A model generated the notes under the pieces. That model saw nothing but the letters and a program-made list of their open reading frames with translations. It made no database searches and had not been told where the DNA came from. A DNA stretch of 64,000 bases, from positions 2,074,764 to 2,138,763 of the forward strand of contig NW_003314277.1 in the NCBI RefSeq assembly GCF_000143415.4, read 5' to 3'. Positions 58,553-64,000 of the stretch are shown one piece after another (positions within the stretch are counted from its first letter, which is position 1; every line of letters begins with the position of its first letter). Both the position numbers and the translations under genes were made by a program. The DNA comes from Selaginella moellendorffii. Lineage: Eukaryota; Plantae; Lycopodiophyta.

Positions 58553-61500
58553 GAACGAGTGGAACGAGGATGTGAACGAGAACGAAGAGGAGGATGAGAT
58601 GAGCGGCGAGGGATGGGAGATGGAGAAAAAGAATGAGGACTGGGACGAGAAGGATAGCGGCGGTGGAAGTCCTGAACAAGGTCAGGAGAATGAATCAGGT
58701 TGTCCGCAGGTTCCCAAGTGCGTTCCTCAGGTCCGTAACCCTTCCAGTCCACCAGATAGTAGAGTTTAGATCGTGAAATCTTGGAATCAAGGATGTCCTG
58801 AACCTCGTACTCAGACCCATCCTCGAGCTGCACTGGTGGAGGCGGAGGAATGACCCGATTTGGAATAGGACTGGGAATATAAGGCTCAAGGAGAGAGGAG
58901 TGAAAAACGGGGTGAATTTGATATGAGGAGGGAAGTGCAAGGCGATAAGTGACAGGATTAATGATGGCAGTGATAGGGAAAGGACCAAGGCGTTTGAAAT
59001 CGAGTTTTGGACAGGGCCTGGTGGTGGAGATATTTCGCCTGAGGAGCCAGACTTTATCCCCGATATTGTAAGGGGGACAATCCTGACGATGGACATTGGC
59101 AAATGTTTTATGAGATTCCTGAGCACGATGGAGGTGGAAGGAGATGGAGTTGTGGATTTCCTGAAGGTTGGAGATAAATGATTCAGAGCGGGGATTGGAA
59201 CGAGAGGATTCAGATGGAGAAGGAAGTGAGAGATTGAATCGGGGATTTCGGCCAGAGTTCGCAAAGAAGGGGGAAACTCGAAGAGAGGAGTGAACAGAGT
59301 TGTTATAGGAGAACTCAGCAAGGGGAAGGATATCGAACCAGTTATCCTGATGATAGTTGATGAAGCACCTCAAGAATTGTTCCAACGTCTGAATCGTTCG
59401 CTCGGACTGCCCATCAGTTTGAGGATGATATGCCGAAGAGAGGTTGGCCTTCACTCCAAGCAGCTGCAAAAACCGTTGCCAGAAATGAGAGATGAACTGA
59501 GGCCCCCGATCCGAAACCACATCTGTAGGAATCCCATGAAGTCGGAAAATTTCCCTGAATACCAGTTTTGCCATGTCCTCGCCCGAAAACTCCTTGGTAC
59601 ATGGCAAGAAGTGCGCCATCTTTGTGAAGCGATCCACCACGACTAAAATGCTATTGAAGCCTCCAGAACTCGGAAGATCACTCAAGAAATCCATGGAGAT
59701 GGATTCCCAAGAACCTGAAGGGACCGGAAGGGAACGAAGCAAACCTGAAGGAAGGTGGTGAGGTACCTTATTCCGGGCACAAGTGTCACAGGAGGTAACA
59801 AAAGCTTTGATGTAGTCGTCCATGTGAGGCCACCAAAAGTCCCGTGCAACTAGCTCATAGGTTTTCGCAATGCCGAAGTGACCAGCAGTCGGGCTATCGT
59901 GGCACGCCATCAGGATCAACCTTCGAGCATCACCTTCAGGAACGTAAAGCTGCTCCCCACGGTACAATAAGCCATCTAAGAACTCGAACTCGTCAAATCG
60001 CCGGCAGTCGGGAGTCACTGGGTGTCCAGCCTGAAGATGGGGAAAAATGTCGCTAGCGAGATCATCGGATTGAAGATCGTTTCTGATTGCATCCATCAAG
60101 GAGGAGTCCTGAGGGGCCAGGGAAATTGCCATAACTTGAAGCCGATCAGGACCGAGGATAACTTGATCCTGTTGATCGAAGGCAGGATTACCAGGCCTGA
60201 GACTGAGATAGGAGCGCCTTGAAAGAGCATCAGGAAGGCCTTGAAACTTTCCAGGTCTGTACTTGATAACAAAGTCAAACCGACTCAGGAATTGTGCCCA
60301 CCTTGCTTGACGACGGCTTAAAACTCGGGAAGTGGCAAAGTACTCGAGATTTTTGTGATCCGTCCAGACTGTTGTTTGATGGCTCGCCCCCTCCAAGAAA
60401 CGGCGCCACTCTCCAAAGGAATCCACGATGGCAAGAAGCTCCTTGTCGTGGATTTCGTAATTGATCTCCGCAGGCTGGAATTTCCGAGAATGGAAAGCGA
60501 CCGGATGAAGTTCGTGATCCGCTCCGAGTTGAGATAGCACAGCACCAATGGCAAAGTCGGAGGCGTCAGCCTCGATGAAGAAAGGTTGTGAGGAATCAGC
60601 ATGGATCAAGACAGGAGCAGAACTGAAGGCCGCCTTGAGTGTGTCGAAAGCCTGCTGGGCAGCAGCAGACCAAGAGAAGGGAACATCCTTGCGAGTGAGA
60701 TGTGTGAGAGGAAGGACAATGTCAGAGTAGTGATCAATGAATTTGCGGTAGAAGTTGGCGAAGCCAAGGAAAACCTGAACGTCTGACATTGATTGTGGAG
60801 GCTCCCATTCGAGAATAGTCTTGACTTTAGCAGGATCCATCATGATACCCTCAGGAGTTACAATGTACCCAAGGAACTCCACAGACTGCTGATCAAAGGA
60901 ACATTTCTCAAGCTTCGCGTATAGGCCGTGTTCTCGCAGCTTCGCTAGCACCTTGCGAACATGTTCGTCATGCTCCTCCTGAGTTTTTGAGTAGATGAGG
61001 ATGTCATCGAGGTAGACGATCACCATCTGATCAAGAAACTCCCGAAAAACGTCGTTCGCCATGTGTTGGAAAACCGCTGGAGCATTTGTCAAGCCAAATG
61101 GCATGACAGTGTACTCGAAGTGGCCATAGCGGGTTCGAAACGCAGTCTTCCATTCATCACCAGGCCGGATCCGGATCAGGTTGTATGCTCCACGGAGGTC
61201 GATCTTGGTGAAGAAGCGGGCACCGCCGAGGCGTTCCAACAGGTCCGAGATCAGCGGCAGCGGATAACGGTTCCGAACAGTCACCTTGTTCAAACCTCGG
61301 TAGTCGATGACTAGCCGCAAGCTCCCATCCTTCTTCTTGACAAAGAAGACAGGCGCTCCAGCCGGGGACTGCGAATGCTGAATGTAGCCCGAGGCAAGGT
61401 TCTCATCCACATACTCTTTGAGGGCCTTAAGCTCGGACGGGGATAACCCGTAGATAGGCCCCCACGGAGGTGACGCTCCTTCCTGTAAATCAATGGGACA

Positions 61501-62388
61501 ATCATAAGGCCGATGAACAGGCAGTACACTAGCTTTTTTCTTGTCAAACACATCCCCAAAATCATGATACTTCTCAGGAAGACTGACAGGAGAAACATGC
61601 AAAGCAAAAAGAAAAAGAGGTTCTTCATGAAGGAGTTCTTTCATAGTGATTGTGGAGATAGGAGGAGGGGTACGACTAAATGGAATGATGAGACGAGGAT
61701 ACTGTCCAGTGTAAGATGGAAGAGAGGAAAAAGAAGAGGATGAAAACTGCGTAGAGTCAGGAACAGAACCCCGACTTGAGTTTAGGGAACTTTTCCTGAT
61801 TCGGACTCGATGAACACCAGGGGAAGCCGTGGGAGATGGTGATGTGGGAGAGATGAGCTGTAAGTCCTTCCAACAAATCTGAGGCTGATGTAGTTGGAAC
61901 CAAGGAAGACCGAGCACCACAGAGGAAGACTTGCTGTTGATGATGTTGAAGGCGATATCGGTGACGGTGGACCCGATGTGGACTCGAACGGGCAACGTTT
62001 CCCTAAGTCCAGAAGATGGAGACACAAAATGCCCGCCGATGCCTTCAACCCTCAGATCCCGTATGGTAGGAGAAAGAGGAACGTGATGTCGGGCAGCAAA
62101 GTCCGTGTCCATGAAGCAGGAAGTTGCACCCGAGTCCAGTAGCGCCAAAGCCTTGAGTCCTGATTGTCCGGTGAACGAAAGGAGACATGGGACGTGGAAG
62201 TTGCGGGAATTGGTGGTGGCTTTGATGAAAGGTGGTGAGGAGCTTGATAAGGAAGAAAAGTGATTTTTATTTGGGGAGTCCAAACAGACAGCTCCTACTC
62301 TGTTTGGACAGGGTCGTTTCCCAACTGCAACAGTGGTGGACTTTGAGGCAGAGTGAACTCGAGCAATCGGGGAGGCTTCCTGGGACAC
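58549..62388 (-). CDS. pol: Pol polyprotein (protease, RT, RNase H, integrase, chromodomain)
   Basis: LLDSGAT, YLDD, IEADASD, HHCC zinc finger, catalytic DDE core, GPF module, and chromodomain EYEVQDILDS...YYLVDWKGYGPEERTWEP. Confidence 0.96.
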   Translation of the reverse strand: MSQEASPIARVHSASKSTTVAVGKRPCPNRVGAVCLDSPNKNHFSSLSSSSPPFIKATTNSRNFHVPCLLSFTGQSGLKALALLDSGATSCFMDTDFAARHHVPLSPTIRDLRVEGIGGHFVSPSSGLRETLPVRVHIGSTVTDIAFNIINSKSSSVVLGLPWFQLHQPQICWKDLQLISPTSPSPTASPGVHRVRIRKSSLNSSRGSVPDSTQFSSSSFSSLPSYTGQYPRLIIPFSRTPPPISTITMKELLHEEPLFLFALHVSPVSLPEKYHDFGDVFDKKKASVLPVHRPYDCPIDLQEGASPPWGPIYGLSPSELKALKEYVDENLASGYIQHSQSPAGAPVFFVKKKDGSLRLVIDYRGLNKVTVRNRYPLPLISDLLERLGGARFFTKIDLRGAYNLIRIRPGDEWKTAFRTRYGHFEYTVMPFGLTNAPAVFQHMANDVFREFLDQMVIVYLDDILIYSKTQEEHDEHVRKVLAKLREHGLYAKLEKCSFDQQSVEFLGYIVTPEGIMMDPAKVKTILEWEPPQSMSDVQVFLGFANFYRKFIDHYSDIVLPLTHLTRKDVPFSWSAAAQQAFDTLKAAFSSAPVLIHADSSQPFFIEADASDFAIGAVLSQLGADHELHPVAFHSRKFQPAEINYEIHDKELLAIVDSFGEWRRFLEGASHQTTVWTDHKNLEYFATSRVLSRRQARWAQFLSRFDFVIKYRPGKFQGLPDALSRRSYLSLRPGNPAFDQQDQVILGPDRLQVMAISLAPQDSSLMDAIRNDLQSDDLASDIFPHLQAGHPVTPDCRRFDEFEFLDGLLYRGEQLYVPEGDARRLILMACHDSPTAGHFGIAKTYELVARDFWWPHMDDYIKAFVTSCDTCARNKVPHHLPSGLLRSLPVPSGSWESISMDFLSDLPSSGGFNSILVVVDRFTKMAHFLPCTKEFSGEDMAKLVFREIFRLHGIPTDVVSDRGPQFISHFWQRFLQLLGVKANLSSAYHPQTDGQSERTIQTLEQFLRCFINYHQDNWFDILPLAEFSYNNSVHSSLRVSPFFANSGRNPRFNLSLPSPSESSRSNPRSESFISNLQEIHNSISFHLHRAQESHKTFANVHRQDCPPYNIGDKVWLLRRNISTTRPCPKLDFKRLGPFPITAIINPVTYRLALPSSYQIHPVFHSSLLEPYIPSPIPNRVIPPPPPVQLEDGSEYEVQDILDSKISRSKLYYLVDWKGYGPEERTWEPADNLIHSPDLVQDFHRRYPSRPSPHSFSPSPIPRRSSHPPLRSRSHPRSTRS
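62238..62322 (-). promoter_or_regulatory. -1 ribosomal frameshift signal (G GGA AAC plus stem/pseudoknot)
   Basis: Slippery heptamer at 62322-62316 in the gag frame, a 6-nt spacer and an 11-bp perfect stem. Pol lies in the -1 frame. Confidence 0.85.
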
Positions 62389-63266
62389 ACAGCTGCTTTG
62401 TGATTAGGATCAGCACAGTAGAGGCAAAGATTATGAGATATTCGACGTTGCCTCTCAGCAGGACTCAACTTCCCTCTAATGAGTCGGGGAGTACCAGAAA
62501 TATCCATCGGGACCGGAGCAGTAGGTTCAGGACTATGCCCCGAAGACTCAAGCTGGGATTCCTGAGTCTGGGACGGAAAAACAGCGGCGCGGCGACTTTC
62601 CTGACGACGTTCAAAGAGACGATTGTCACATCGAACAGCTTTGTTGATGGCGTCCGACAGGTCCTTGGGATCCTCCATGGTGAGCAACAAATCCTTGACA
62701 CCGTTGTTGAGGCCGAAACGAAATTGGTCAATCAGGGCCCGCTCATCCCACTGAGTGTCCAAGGCAAGGAGTTGGAACTCTGCAGCGTAGATCGAGGCAG
62801 GACGAGACCCCTGAGAGAGACGTCTCATCTTTGTGGTAGCAGCCCGAACCCGATCCGTCTCGCCAAAACATGCTTCGAGCTTCTCTTTGAACAATTGAAG
62901 ATCCATCAGCTCCGGAACCACGACCCCTTTCATGCTCTTCTCCAGAAGAGGAGAAAACCATGACAAAGCTGCACCCTCGAGCAACGTCCCAATCGCACCG
63001 ATTTGAGACTCAGGAGTGGGGTACCGCCGATGTTGAAGTGCAAAGATCAGCTCCATTTGATTCAAAAATCCACGAAGCTCCGAACGCTTGCCTGAAAATT
63101 TCGCCGGGAAACTCACCTTCGGTTCAGGAACTTTGCTGGATCCTTGAGCCGAAAGTGAAGCAAGCTCCTGCTGCATGCGAAGAAGGGTCGCCTTCAGCTC
63201 GGTATTCTCAGACTGGATTTTTGCAAGGACTTCGGCAAAGAAATCAGGATGGCTTGGAGACTCCAT
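62295..63266 (-). CDS. gag: Gag
   Basis: PAKFSGKRSELRGFL, LSQGSRPASIYAAEF, FRFGLNNGVKD and zinc knuckle CLYCADPNHKAAVC. Confidence 0.94.
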   Translation of the reverse strand: MESPSHPDFFAEVLAKIQSENTELKATLLRMQQELASLSAQGSSKVPEPKVSFPAKFSGKRSELRGFLNQMELIFALQHRRYPTPESQIGAIGTLLEGAALSWFSPLLEKSMKGVVVPELMDLQLFKEKLEACFGETDRVRAATTKMRRLSQGSRPASIYAAEFQLLALDTQWDERALIDQFRFGLNNGVKDLLLTMEDPKDLSDAINKAVRCDNRLFERRQESRRAAVFPSQTQESQLESSGHSPEPTAPVPMDISGTPRLIRGKLSPAERQRRISHNLCLYCADPNHKAAVCPRKPPRLLEFTLPQSPPLLQLGNDPVQTE

Positions 63267-63347
63267 TGGCAAGAAGAAAGAAAAGAAAGGGGGGAAAAGA
63301 CAAAGGCAATCAAATAATCAAAACAAGCTAAAAGAAAAGCAAAAAAA

Positions 63348-63362
63348 CACAATCTGAATCAA
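63348..63362 (-). promoter_or_regulatory. Primer-binding site complementary to the element's own LTR (self-priming type)
   Basis: Minus strand TTGATTCAGATTGTG lies 2 nt inside the 5' LTR boundary and is the exact reverse complement of minus-strand LTR sequence 63469-63455. Confidence 0.8.
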
Positions 63363-63364
63363 AC

Positions 63365-63725
63365 TGTCAAGACCCCCAACAAGATCAAGACTGGAAAATG
63401 CTAAAGACAAAGAGAAAAAGCTAGTGAAAACAAAGAAGAGGCCTTAGACTGGTGTTGATTCAGATTGTGGAGAAATGGAACAAGGCTAACCTATATATAC
63501 TATAGGTTGATGAAGCTCCACCACTCTTGGATCGAGGACGGCCTAAATACAGCTGAGGTCGAGGAGGCGCCACATCATCATCAGGAATGTGACTCGAGAC
63601 TCAGGAATCGGGAAGTGTCTCGAGAGTCAGGAATAGGGAAGTGTCTCGAGAGTCAGGAATGTGGTCTGCAGGTCAGGAATCCGGCGAGAGTCAGGAATGT
63701 GGCAAGAATTGGGGGATTCCTGACA
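63365..63725 (-). repeat. 5' LTR (361 bp)
   Basis: Matches the 3' LTR except for one visible substitution and one fewer 26-bp unit. TATA box at 63492-63499. Confidence 0.96.
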
Positions 63726-64000
63726 TTGGCTTTTGTGGCCTCGCCTAAAGATCCACCTAGGTGCCTTGAGTGAATAGGCTCACCCGGTTGGAAGAAAGTT
63801 GCTCCAGAAAAGCTAGTGCGTCGTCGGCAAATGGTCGTAAGGATATCTTGGAAACGACACACCCAAATGAGGTGGTGTCATTTGCTGCTGGTGCATGTAT
63901 GTGTGTTCATGGTATAGTGTAAATGTGACCTCAAGCGGAGATGTGAATGATGGTGAAAGAATGAAAGATGCAAGACGAGCATCTAGAGATAAGTGCGGGC

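Larger units (their letters stand above)
58151..63725 (-). mobile_element. Intact chromodomain Ty3/Gypsy LTR retrotransposon (chromovirus, Tcn1/Tf1-like)
   Basis: Two near-identical TG...CA LTRs, a 5-bp TSD TTGGC (58146-58150 and 63726-63730), a PPT next to the 3' LTR, and intact gag and pol. Confidence 0.97.

Noticed and set aside
58251-58597. Small repeated ORFs in the LTRs (also 63465-63773)
   Set aside because: Products of the 26-bp tandem repeat on the antisense strand, with non-ATG starts.

Overview
Gene-dense land-plant nuclear DNA with very short introns (about 45-70 nt), PLS-class PPR genes and axonemal genes. This fits a flagellate-sperm plant and is most like the lycophyte Selaginella (inference). 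Genes in order: DUF971, PPR, PLAC8, DUF3527, an orphan RING-H2 gene, a three-exon gene that appears to fuse a Y14/RBM8A-like RRM to a divergent Mago nashi domain, two tandem intronless ~1000-aa 2OG-Fe(II) oxygenase genes interspersed with decayed copies of their neighbours, F-box/LRR, a small membrane protein, IQUB/FAP253, RPL15, a ~16-kb inner-arm dynein heavy chain, a Pin-II-like inhibitor, a SAM protein, ASNSD1, a coiled-coil ORF and a second PPR. The window ends with AT-rich TE debris and a very young intact chromodomain Gypsy element. The top candidate for a new system is the single-chain Y14-Mago (exon junction complex) fusion at 11272-12280, possibly with a degenerate F-box N-terminus. 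The retrotransposon also shows a self-priming PBS and a -1 frameshift pseudoknot. All homology calls come from motif recognition by eye; no searches were run.
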